Positions 45,574 to 56,748 of a stretch of DNA of 64,000 bases are shown piece by piece (the first letter of the stretch is position 1; every line of letters begins with the position of its first letter). The stretch lies in NCBI GenBank assembly GCA_002269645.1, contig NIVC01000827.1, positions 62,001 to 126,000 on the forward strand, written 5' to 3'. The DNA is from Macrostomum lignano (lineage: Eukaryota). Made by a program: the position numbers and the translations under genes. The notes under the pieces were generated by a model. That model ran no database searches and was not told where the DNA came from. It was given only the letters and a program-made list of their open reading frames with translations.

Positions 45574-46437
45574 ATGGAAGCGATTGCTGAAAGACTAAAT
45601 AATATTGTTTCTCACTCTAAGGAGAGCATTCCTATTACAATAACTGGGCGAATTAATGACTCAAACGGGATGTTTGTTGAAAAATTAGAGCAGGCGATTC
45701 GCCTGGATCCTGGCGCTAATTACCATGTCTATCTTAACGACTTCACTGGTTGGTCAAACGTTCCCAATGTGATGGCAGCAAATAATATGTTTTATTACAA
45801 ATGGAAAGGTGCAGCAGCAGACCCTGTGGTATTCCATGTGAGCACGCAAAGTGTGGATACCTACAATAAATTTCTAGAAAATGTCTTTACTAAGAGAGGC
45901 CATTTTGAGACACCTGATGCGAGTAAGCCAGAGAAGAAACTGTTCCCTGTTAAACTAACCTATGATCTCACTGTAATGAGAGTGGTCATGCAAGTTCACA
46001 AAGATGCGGAGGTTGAGTTTAAAGATGACACTTGGTATAGGGAACTGGGATTCGAGAAGAAAGTTTATAAGGCAGAATCCGCGGCGCGGACCGCCACTCA
46101 AGCATCGTGGACTGTTAGAATGGTCCGGGAAAGTGTAAGCGGTTTCTTCTTAGCACCCAATATTGCAGACATTGTAAAGGGTTTGAATATTCTAATCAGA
46201 AGCAATCTCAGTCTTGATTGGGTATTTAAGGGAAAGCGAACGAATATTTTGTACAACATCTCCAACTCTGTTGCTGGAGGACAGATGGTGGTAGAGAAAC
46301 CAAATCCAGTGAAAAGAGTTGTATTGAGTAATAAGGAGATTCACGAGATTGTGCTACAGTTTGAGACTGAAGATGGGATGAGTGTTGATTTCAATGGTGA
46401 AGAGTTTGTATTGACGTTAATCATTGAGAGAATGTAA
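45574..46437 (+). CDS. Polinton minor capsid (penton), intact 287 aa
   Basis: AIRLD..YHVYL..SNVPNV..NNMFYY at the N-terminus; GQMVVEKP..IHEIVLQF..G..VDFNGEEFVLTLII at the C-terminus. Single jelly-roll pattern, directly after MCP. Confidence 0.8.
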   Translation: MEAIAERLNNIVSHSKESIPITITGRINDSNGMFVEKLEQAIRLDPGANYHVYLNDFTGWSNVPNVMAANNMFYYKWKGAAADPVVFHVSTQSVDTYNKFLENVFTKRGHFETPDASKPEKKLFPVKLTYDLTVMRVVMQVHKDAEVEFKDDTWYRELGFEKKVYKAESAARTATQASWTVRMVRESVSGFFLAPNIADIVKGLNILIRSNLSLDWVFKGKRTNILYNISNSVAGGQMVVEKPNPVKRVVLSNKEIHEIVLQFETEDGMSVDFNGEEFVLTLIIERM

Positions 46438-48698
46438 GAAATCACAATTGCCTAATGATTTCTGCAAAGTTATAGTAGCTGTCGTAATCGTTAATGACTA
46501 CTCCATACTTATGAAACCAGTGTCTTTGGAGAGCTAGATTAATATTAGGGACATTGATATCAACGTTGGGCCAATATTTTCTCATGTATTCGCTGCATTC
46601 AAGTTTGCATCGGTACTTGGATTTGTACAATGGATTAGGCTGAGTATAATAAGAACCTGGAGAGACAACTGGAAACATTTTTATTGACAATTTAGTTTTT
46701 TTTTCAAAGGGTAAGGACCCTGCGCTGATAATTTAAAGTCTAAGGGATCTGGTTTCGCGTTGCGAATTGAATGTGGGGAGAAGAATGCAGATTCTTTTCT
46801 GATTGTTTCGAAGATGCTATGGGTGGATGTCGGTGGATGATGTCAGTGTCAGTGAGCATAACAGGTGTCCACAGTGAACATAACAGGTATCAGTTGACAC
46901 CTGCTCTGATTCTGTCAGGGATAATATGGATGGATTTAATGGGATTGTGTTCGAAGTTTTCGGAGCGGGTGCGGCCCCTCCCCTTTTTCATGATTCTGTC
47001 AGGGATAATATGGATGGATTTGATGGGATTATGGAGGACGTTTTGTGAGCGAGTGCGACCCCCCTTTTTTTCTGATTCTGTCGGGGATAATATGGATGGA
47101 TTTAATGGGATTATGGAGGATGTGAAAAATTTTGTCCCAAAAGCCCCCTCATGCCTTCTACTTACCAGAATTAGGGAAAGCAGGAACCTGGTGGCAGCGA
47201 AATCTATCAATATACCCCGAAAATCCACTAAGTTCTAAAGTAGACAAAACCAGTAAGCCTAGACTGCAGGTACAACGCTTGTCCAATCATCTATCAATTG
47301 CTAAAGCAATGATGCAATTCGAGCAAGGTAGAGTGATCTACTATCTAAGCACCAAGTATGCCATCGGGAAGAATTCAACATCACAATCTGGAAGGTTGAG
47401 GACTACAACAAATACTATCAACTCCGCCTTGAATATACAGGTTTAATTTTTTCTACCTATTCAATGGGCGTAGTCATAAATTATAGTGCTGCGATTTGCA
47501 AGGCAAACATTGATGCTAGGTTTAAGGATCTTTTCAAGATGCCATATGAGACAGTTGCCTTGGTTTCGAAAGATGGTTCCTGAAGAAAAGCAAGTTCACC
47601 AGTGGTATGAAGATAGTAAGTGATTGCATCACTATTGTGGTATTGTAAGTAAGTTCATATTTCTTAAAGCTTCGCTTTTATATTGTAGCTTTCAACAAAA
47701 ATTTTGACATGGAAGACACAGAATACGCTGCCGAGAGCGTCACCGAAGTCCAAGAGGTGCTCGAGAGTGGAAAATGGGTGGAGAAGTAATCAATTTGCGT
47801 GCTATTTTTACTTCTACTAAACTGGCTATCTTTTTAGTGTATACATGATTTTTTCTAAACGTTGAGAAAAATTCATGTGCTGTTTTACACACAATGCGCC
47901 GAGGACAGAGAAATGCGCTCCAGCGGGGCAGGCTATTTGTGCAATCGGGCATAGCCCGCGAACCATAGGTTCATTCTTTGGATATTCTTTTGTGTTTGCG
48001 ACTTCTTTATTCTCTATACAAAAAGAGTAAGAAAATGAGCTATAAAAAACCACTCGAGATGCCTGCGTACTACCCTTTTCTTTAGTGTCTGCACCTTCAT
48101 TTTTTGTTACTAAAAATAGACAAAAATGACGCACATTACACACACATACAATCTGAATTAATTGCAAATAAAAGAAGACCCAGTAGAGTATCGTGCAGAA
48201 AATGGGTGGTAATTTTGTTATAGCTGACTGAATATCTAAAGCATTTCCTAGAAATAATGGTTTATTGAAAGTCATTTTATATACATAAAATTTACTATCA
48301 TTAAATTGAATGAAACTTTCAAATTGTATATACTTGAAATTACATTGAATTGACCCGTGCATCCAACTTTTCTCTTGGTTTTAGAGCTGGAATTGTGAAA
48401 ATTGCACTTTTTCAAAATATTTGAAAATCACAAAAAATCGCTGTTTTTTAGACCATTTTCACCTGTTTTTAGTCATTTTTTACTTATTTTAGGTGATTTT
48501 TAAAATGATTGAGGGCATGAGGGCAAGGGCAACCCCACTTTTAAAAAGTATAAAAATTCTAAAAAATCTGTGTTTTGCGAAATATACCACAGGCTAATGC
48601 CCCCACATGCCCTGACCCTCAACACCCTCACAATATATTTATATTTTATATATTTTATATTTATCACACACACCTTGCAACTATGACCTCCTGGTAGT

Positions 48699-48797
48699 AG
48701 TAGTAGTATGATATAAGGGGCTGAGTCATCCAGCGAGCTGACGCGCAATGCGCCCGAGCAATAAGTGTGTCGCAGCCCCTTATATCATACTACTACT
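48699..48797. mobile_element. 99-bp element with perfect 25-bp TIRs starting AGTAGTAGT
   Basis: AGTAGTAGTATGATATAAGGGGCTG ... CAGCCCCTTATATCATACTACTACT; no TSD seen. Confidence 0.6.
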
Positions 48798-50150
48798 GAT
48801 GCCTGAAAGGCGCGCAAAAATTTGCTTAGTTCACAATTTCCGTCGACGCAATCGTTTGTGGCCCAAATGAAACTAGACACAATTATCACTACTGGAAGTG
48901 AAATTGTTAGTACGTAGTCTCGTATTGTATGATGCATGGCAGAAGGACACTAACTGTCAGCTAGGGTACAATTGACACTCTGGGTTAGGTTTGTGTACAT
49001 ATAGATGACAAGAATCAGAGCAATAGAGTTATTAGTGTACGAGCGTACATCTAATCGTATATCGAACTGCATATCGTAGTATTGCATGTACATGTAACAC
49101 TGAGATTAATGACACTTGTACATGTGATGGGCTTCGGACTTTTCAGCATTAAAGCTACAGGGCCTCTAGCCTCAGAAATGAATCAATAGAGTTCTAGCCT
49201 GGGGTGAAAATTACCCTTTCTATTGAGAATACAGTTTTCACAGTTTGTGCCTTCAGATTCACACGATTCAAACTTTCCATATTCTTTAGATAGTTATTTG
49301 AAGTACTGACTGCTAAAGAGTGACCTTTAAAAATTGAATTTTCAGCGACCCGGGCTATAAAAAAGTGCCTGGCAGAATAAATGTGAAAAATAAATAAATA
49401 TATTAGTCAGCCATAACTCCTTTAGCTTGCGTCACAAACACTTGGGAGTACTTTGTATCTAGGCTACCCTGTACCCATGATTGTTTGGTCTGACCACTTT
49501 GACTTTGAAGTTGAATTTTTAGCCAAGGATTCAATCAAAAGGAAATGTTATTAGCTGTCGAAAGTGCCCTCAGAAACCTCTCTAGAGAGAGATAAAGTAC
49601 CCCGTATAGGCCTCTATATATTTCTTATAGGGTCCCAGTCCCAGTAGGGGGTCTCGACCACTCTGTCTGAAAGAAGACTTACTCAATCGGCACTGAACCA
49701 GAGTACACAGTACGAGCTAGAGACTCTTTAGAGGAGCCATTTGACGAAAACCGTGTCTAAATTGATGCTTCCTATATGGCGCAAGCTCATGCCAAAGTGG
49801 ACGCCCTAACGGCATTTACAAAACATGGGGGTAGGGCATGTTAACCGATTTTTGAAGCCACTTAATTCGCCCTGTTTTCAGTGAATTTTGCGTCTTCGTC
49901 CTCCTGGATAGTAGTAGAGATGATGCGAATTCACATATCAGCTCTATAAGTGCCCGCTTCGGTGCGGGAATACGGGGCATTGACTAGAAAAAGGCTCCCA
50001 TGTCCGTAATGTAATTGGGGTGAAAATTACCATTTTTCAGAGGGTTGCATCTCAGAGTAGGATACTCATTTTCTGATCAAACCAACGCATACATGCGCAA
50101 CCTTGGGAATCACTTAAAGATTTTTATTTACATTTTTATTTAATTTAAAA

Positions 50151-51046
50151 ATGGCAGAAGAAAAACTTAAATATATCTACTACAATGACAAAGGATTCTT
50201 TGTAGGCAAAAAAGTAAACTCATGGAGCTGAGTAAGGAACCAAAAGCTACAGTAGAAAAGTGGCTCTTTAAGCAGGCTGTCTTTCAAGTCTATTTCCCAC
50301 TAGTAAAATTTGAAAGGCCTTATTTCAATATTTATAAACCGAATCAGGTGCATTAAGCAGATTTACTCTTTATGCCCAATGACCTAGGGTTCAAGTATGC
50401 TTTGACTGTCATTGACATTGCCTCCTGCTATAAGGAAGCTCACCCACTCAAGATGAAGAAGTCAGAGGTTGTTTCCAGCGCACTGCAAGAGATCTATAAA
50501 ACCTCTCGTCTAACCTATCCAGAAATGTTCATGGCTGATCAGGGTAAGGAATTCTATGGGGCAGTAAGAAGTCTCCTACAAAAGCACAATATGAAAATAC
50601 GCAATGGCAGAATAGACCTGCACAGGGACCAAGCATACGTTGAGAGATTTAATCTGACTTTAGCAAAAAGACTATTTGCAATGCAAACAGCGCAAGAACT
50701 CAAACTAAGTGCGGGGCAGTACTATACAAAATGGACAGACCGCCTCCCCACTGTTATTGAGCAACTGAACAATGAAGTCATGCGCATGACTGGATTGAAA
50801 TTGTCCCATGCAATTAAACAAGACACTGTTGAACTTAAGACATCTCATAGAACAGACACATCACAATACCCTAAGCTTCCAGGAGTTGAATCACCATACA
50901 TACTGACAAACTCTGAGTTTCTATGCTTTTTAAATCTACCTGGAGAGCTAGAGAAAAACACTAAAAGAAAAGCTACAGATCCATACTTCAGCCTTGATGT
51001 ACATAAAATAGACAGACATTTTACCTCTGAGTATGGAGAGTATTAA
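50151..51046 (+). pseudogene. Second Polinton integrase copy (frameshifts and stop near the 5' end)
   Basis: Clearly homologous to 37306-38296 (YALTVIDIAS, MADQGKEF, QAYVERFNLTLAKRLF). Confidence 0.9.
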
Positions 51047-51300
51047 TTTTTATCTCAAGCCTTTAACCCTAAATCGCCCACACGGTCAAGAGCTGAACTC
51101 CTAGTGATACCAGCTGACACAGAAATTAATTAAAATATTAAAATTAATGACAAATATTGAAACCAAAACCATCAATAAACTCAATAAAATTATTGAATCA
51201 AGGAAACCAGGTCTTATATCATTTAAAGGTGTCAAAGTAAAAAGCAATCTCATGCAGCAAATAGTTCAATGTAATGAACAAAGACAGTATCACAGATGAA

Positions 51301-51402
51301 AAGTCAGGAGGAATCCTACCATTAGCAGCTCTTATCCTAATCATTACAGGCACTTGAAGTGCTGCAGGTGGTGTAGCTCTAGGTGTAGCGAGTGCTGTTA
51401 AA
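51301..51402 (+). pseudogene. Adenovirus pX-like hydrophobic peptide remnant
   Basis: KSGGILPLAALILIITGT*SAAGGVALGVASAVK resembles the GGILPL..IAAAIG..GIASVA tail of adenoviral pX, recalled from memory. Confidence 0.5.
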
Positions 51403-51725
51403 ATGAAGGACAAGATTGCTGGTGACATAATCACTGAATTCATTGGGTTAAAAGCAAAGTCCTATTTTGTAAAATGTGAGTCGTCAGACCCAATTAAAAA
51501 ATCAAAGGGAATTCTGAAACATGTGGTTAGGAAAGAAATTAATGAAGCTGAATACAGAGACGCCTTGAATTGCAAAAAAGACATCACATGAGTTCTCAAA
51601 GCTATATTTTAAAAACCATATTATTCACACAATTCAGCAAAAGAAGATTGGACTGTCAGGTGTAGATAACAAGAGATTCATTTTTGATGACAATATTAAC
51701 AGTCTACCATTTGGGCACTGGAGAT
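51403..51725 (+). pseudogene. pPolB C-terminal fragment
   Basis: MKDKIAGDIITEFIGLKAKSY..KKSKGILKHVV, then KR.I.DD.I.SLPFGH-like text after frameshifts. Confidence 0.75.
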
Positions 51726-51824
51726 TAGGTTTAGGAGGTGGAGGATGGGTTTAGGTGGAGGATAGGTTTAGGTGGAGGTTAAGAGAAAGTTAAATAAATA
51801 TTTAAAATACCCGCCTCATAAAAA

Positions 51825-52052
51825 ATGACAACAAATAACTTTCTTGAAGATTTGGCTAACAAACTGGAAATCTCAAACTTTAGAGGAATATTTGTGAGGG
51901 ACACTCTGCCTGATTTTCCTCTAAGAAAAGAATGCAGAATCATGAACTTTGACACCACCAATAAGCCAGGATCTCATTGGGTTTGCTGGGTGATTGCAAG
52001 CACAAGTGTTATTACTTCAATAGCCATGGGATGGCAGTACCAGAAAAGCTAA
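51825..52052 (+). pseudogene. Adenain-like cysteine protease N-terminal fragment
   Basis: NFRGIFVRDTLP..IMNFD..KPGSHWVCW, the Polinton protease His motif. Confidence 0.8.
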
Positions 52053-52310
52053 GAAATTATATGAAGGGTAAAAAGGGTTAAAAATAAAACAATTTACCAC
52101 TCAGATTTTATTCTCCAAGGTTTCCCCAGTGTTCCCTGTGTTTCACCAAACCAAACAATCAATTTGGTATTGTAGTGACTGGCTGCTAACTGGTTATTCA
52201 GCAGCATTCACTAGCTTTTCCTAAGAGTGCTGTGGTCTGCTGCACAGTAGCTCAGTCTACCTGATCTAGTGAGAGAGATACCCTGTGCTGGGCCCAAGTG
52301 TTTACTGCCC

Positions 52311-52960
52311 GATGACTCATCGCCTGAGCGGGTGCGGCAGCCACACTCAATGTTTTCCCCTCCCACGCTGAGGAGGCGTAGCAGGATGACTCATCACCTG
52401 CGTGGAGTGTAATGGCTGCCTAGAGGGAGTAAACAGGATGACTCATCTGCCCATGTTCTATTTTTAGCATAGAATATGCACGTGACTATGCACGCACACT
52501 GTGCGTAGCCACTGACCTTGAGTCACGCCACTGCTGCGTGACAGGGTTGCCTTATTTGGAATTTGGCCTTGCATCACGCATTGCTTGCATGATTTTTGTG
52601 ACTAAATAAGGTAGTTTCAAGCACTTACCGCATGAAACTCACATGATTTTTGGGGGTCTGCTTGGCTATAAATATGGAGCATCTGCGAGCCATTTTTTTC
52701 TAGATCGTGGAGCAACGCGGAGCTGACTGCGTTGTCTTGCAGAGCATTGTGGCTGACTCGTGAAGCCTCCTCCAAGCTCTCCTCTCTCATTTCAGGTTTT
52801 ACAGGTTTTCAGGTTTGAGCAGCATTCAACTAAGATAATTGACTGTCGAGACATTTTTCAGATTTGCCTTTGCTCTGAGTGACTTTGTTATTTTATTTCA
52901 GGTGACGGATAGACAACTCTGCCGACGCGTTGAGTGTGCACACCAAGGTGGCAGCAACCC
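52311..52960 (+). promoter_or_regulatory. LTR-like promoter region: three GATGACTCATC (AP-1-type) sites, a TATA box and a PBS-like word
   Basis: Sites at 52311, 52385 and 52437; TATAAATA at 52667; AGGTGGCAGCAACCC at 52946 is identical to 11841-11855. Confidence 0.4.
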
Positions 52961-55542
52961 TTCCAAGTCAAGGCTAATGTTTTAGGTTCATTTTCAGGTA
53001 AATTGATAAGCAGTACAACCTTGCTATCTAGCTACTTCAGGAGCAGCGGGTTCTATTTCTAGGAACATCTTCAAGAACCCGAGAAGGAGTAGTACTTCAG
53101 TATAATCAATCAAACAATGGCATTTTTTGCTCAACTATATGTGTGTTATATTACTTTGTAGAAAATTTAACACTGAATTCAAAAAGTGTTAAAATTGTTT
53201 TAAATGTAAGTTAAAAATTGTGTTTTATACACCAATTCTTCTATAGACATCTTAAATCATTAAAAAAACTTAAAAATGCATATTTCTTGAATAATTTCTA
53301 TCAAAAATTCAGATTTTCTCAAGTATCTATTGAGTAGATTGTCAAAACTTTATCTCATCTTGTAGATAAGAATGTCTTCTTTCAAATGATATCACTTTTT
53401 TAGCCTCTTGAAATATATTCCCCATGAGACAGTAACTGCATATTTGGTTTTGAAGATCCTTGTTTGGTTGATGAGATCTTACCCTATGGCTTTATTATAT
53501 TGTTTATTGTTTTTATTTTATTCACTTTGAAAGTTGATATCTTCTTTACATTTTTCCAACCTAGTATGTAGCTTACAAGACTTGCTACTAAAATAGTTAT
53601 AACTTTTTTATTACTTGACCAAAATTAAAAAGTAAAGTATCATTTTAAAACAACTACAACAACTACAACTGTCTATCACATGGTATCAAAAGAGGACAAA
53701 TTAGGCTTAAAAAATTAAAATCTCACTGGACTTCCTACTTTTGAAAAAATGTTCTGTTTTATAATAAATAGTAGCTAGGCCTATATTAATAATAATATAA
53801 ATTATAATAATAATTTAAGCTCAGCTATAGCTACTTTCTTCCTTCTATATGTAGAGGTTAGGATTTATTACCCAACTTTGTATACAATTTTTGGGTATAA
53901 AACCAAGATGGCCACAACATTGAATCTCTATTATATCTACTCTTTTTCTCTATACCATTATTTAGCAACTTAATAGCTTTTGTAATAATAACTAATATGT
54001 TTAATGAATCATATTAATATTTATAAATAGAAGGCTTAGGTAGGCTACAATAATATATTTGAAACTAATTACCCATAATACAAATATTTAATCTTTTTCT
54101 ATGTTTGTGCCAATTTATTGTGTCTATCAAATCTATCACTTAGTTTATCAAGAAACCATTGCTAGTAGTAATGTTATACAAAATAGGATACATATGCAAT
54201 AAAGTATTATTTTGTGTTAGGTTACTTGCTTTATATATTAGATAAATATAGGTTAGGCTATAAAAAAAGATAAAGCCAAAGGGAATGTTCTTAATTTAAA
54301 ATAATTATTATAGCATCTACCCCTCAAGACTTAAAGATCTATAGTATGATATAATATATTAATACCAACCAACAAGAAATGAGTGCATAGTGCATATATA
54401 TACATAGACCTATTATTATCTATTTATACATTTAGTCATTTAGAGCTGTAGCTATCTTGGTGTGTGGCTATTTTGGTCATGCGCCAATTTTTGTTTTCTA
54501 CCATTTATTAGAATTTCACACAAAAATATAATCAATGTTGTAAACAATTAAAAAAGATAGGGCCTAACCATGTATAGCTACATCAACTAGGTTTTTTAGT
54601 TAGTTTCATAAGCACAAAGAGCAAAATACAAGCCAACCCACCTTTGAAGAAAACAGCGTCTTCATTTAGGCCTGGGGGGCTACTAGTTAGAATTAAGATA
54701 GGTCTATTATATTGGCTAGGCCTATTAAACAATATAATTGAGATGCTGCATGATGCAAGCAAATAAAAATAGAAGCTTGTATTAATATAATAGAAGTGTT
54801 TACTTACTGTTACTGTCGCTGTATCCTCAAAACGGAACAAAAAGCATTCAAGATTTTAGACAAGTCCGCGTCCTTGACTTTAGACTGTATAGGCCTATAT
54901 GTACATCAAAACGGCCACACGCGGAACGGCTAGACACAATGAAATTAGTAAGCCGTAAGGTCATCAAGGGTTAGTATTTGTTCTAGGGGAAAGTTCTGTC
55001 ATTTGCAAAATTCCCCGCTTGACCATGTGGCAGCCACTGGCAGGCGGGATGGCCATGCCACAATTGAAGTCCTGAACTTGATACTTAATAACTTTTAAAC
55101 GCATACAATAATAATAGTTTCACCATTCCCATCCGCTGACTTTTCGCCCCATTTCTGTCCATCGTTTGTTCAGCTCCCCTTCCTTTCCATGGCCTGGTCG
55201 CGTCATTTCACTGTTTATTTGTCGTCCCTTTGCTGAATTTTGCTTTTCCGCGCATTGTTTTAACGTATTTGTGCATGTTACATCCCGCGAATTTTGTTGC
55301 CCACTCCCCCGTCCAGCGCCTGTCTCCAGCGTTTGTCAGCGTTTCTTTGTGTATTTAAGCAGTGGTCCTGAGCCCTGTTTTCTTCAATTTTTTGCGTGGT
55401 GTGTTTTATTATTAGTAATTTGTTCACTGATTAATTTTGACCAGCTTTAGTAATTTAATTTAGCGCCCCGGCGCCGCAAGCGATATTCATCTTTCGTCGT
55501 ATTAACATTAATAATTATTCAGCGCTAGCCTGCCTTTGTTCA

Positions 55543-56748
55543 GCGTAACGAATTACGGTGGTGACAGCAACTACCCTACTGACAGAAACAAGCTCAGCAA
55601 ATCAACGCAATATTACTACAGTGTCAAATCTACGGTGTTTTATCGATTGAACGACCGCGCCGCTACACGACCGCTCCGCTACGATTACGACTACCCTCCC
55701 CCCGGACTTGAGAACCCGGCAGTGGGAGTAAAACAGGAGAAGAATTTCGTTGTGATTCGTCTGCGCGATTTCCGGCTTGATTCGTGCGAACGCAACGCTA
55801 ACCGGTTTCGAAGAAAACCCGAACAACCCCATTTCAAATTTTATTTTCTTTCTCCGCCCCCACCTCAACCACTTAATTTGTCTTTGTCCCTAGATAGTGA
55901 ATGGTAGGGCGAACTACCACCTTGTGAAATTTTGCAGTATGACGCCATTTTGCGCAACCCTTGTGTTCCCTTTTTTGTCATCCGTTGCGCCGCCCCTTGC
56001 CCCATCCCTCGCCCCATCGTTTGCCACCGTTAAATTTTGTTTAACTTTGAATACGTTTTGTTGGTGCCGCCCGCTGCCCCATCCTGTGCCCCATCCTCTG
56101 CCCCATCCCTTGCCTTTCTGCCCCATCTGCTGCCCCAGCCATGGCCGGACGGACCACCAGGCTACGGTATTTATGGCCAGTTCGGGCCGCCAATTTTGAA
56201 ACTCCGCCTGCTCGCCCGCTCATTAGCTTGTCTTTTGCGCCCGGCACCGCCGCGATCCATCTCTCTCGTAGTAAATAATAATAATATTTCAATAAATTAC
56301 CTGCGCTAATAGTAACAAGTTTCCTTAATTACTCGAAGCCTTTAATAGTTTATCTTGAGTTATTTGCCCGTGGGGCGTTAAACAACCCAACTCAACTCCG
56401 AACGAGCTCTGAAATCTCAACGTTCCGTAATACGAAATTACGGTGGTGGCAGCGCTACTCTACTGACAGTAATTAGTTCAGAAACTCAGAAAGCAGATTT
56501 ACGGTGTCTAGACCATTGAGTCTAAAGTCTGAACGACCGTGCCTACTCAAGACCGCTCGACTACGACAACGACTACCCTCCGCCCGGCATTGAGGACCCG
56601 GCTGTCGGAGTAAAACAGGAGGAAGCAAACCGTTGTAGTTCGCCTGCACGATTCCCGGATTTATTCATGCGAACTCAACGCCGGCCACAGCAGCAACTAA
56701 TTTCAAACGACCGATTTCTAAGAAAACTTTCTCCGCCCCACCTCAATA
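55543..56748 (+). repeat. Diverged direct repeat (55543-55868 and 56425-56748), each copy starting with a PBS-like word and containing a coding-like segment
   Basis: ACGGTGGTG(A/G)CAGC start; shared peptide LNDRA..RPL.Y..DYPPPG.E.PAVGVKQE..VV.RL.D.R..SCE.NA. Confidence 0.7.

Larger units (their letters stand above)
43496..47162. mobile_element. 3667-bp non-autonomous mini-Polinton with about 718-bp TIRs and 6-bp TSD TACCAG
   Basis: TIRs at 43496-44213 and 46444-47162 begin AGTAG. TACCAG at 43490-43495 and 47163-47168. Interior has capsid genes only. Confidence 0.92.

Noticed and set aside
49955-49990. Helitron 3' end (CCCGC hairpin then CTAG)
   Set aside because: It is followed by A rather than T and no matching 5' end was found; a similar weak case at 42800-42850 lacks CTAG.
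52960-54900. Long AT-rich stretch
   Set aside because: No ORF, repeat unit or terminal structure could be supported by eye.
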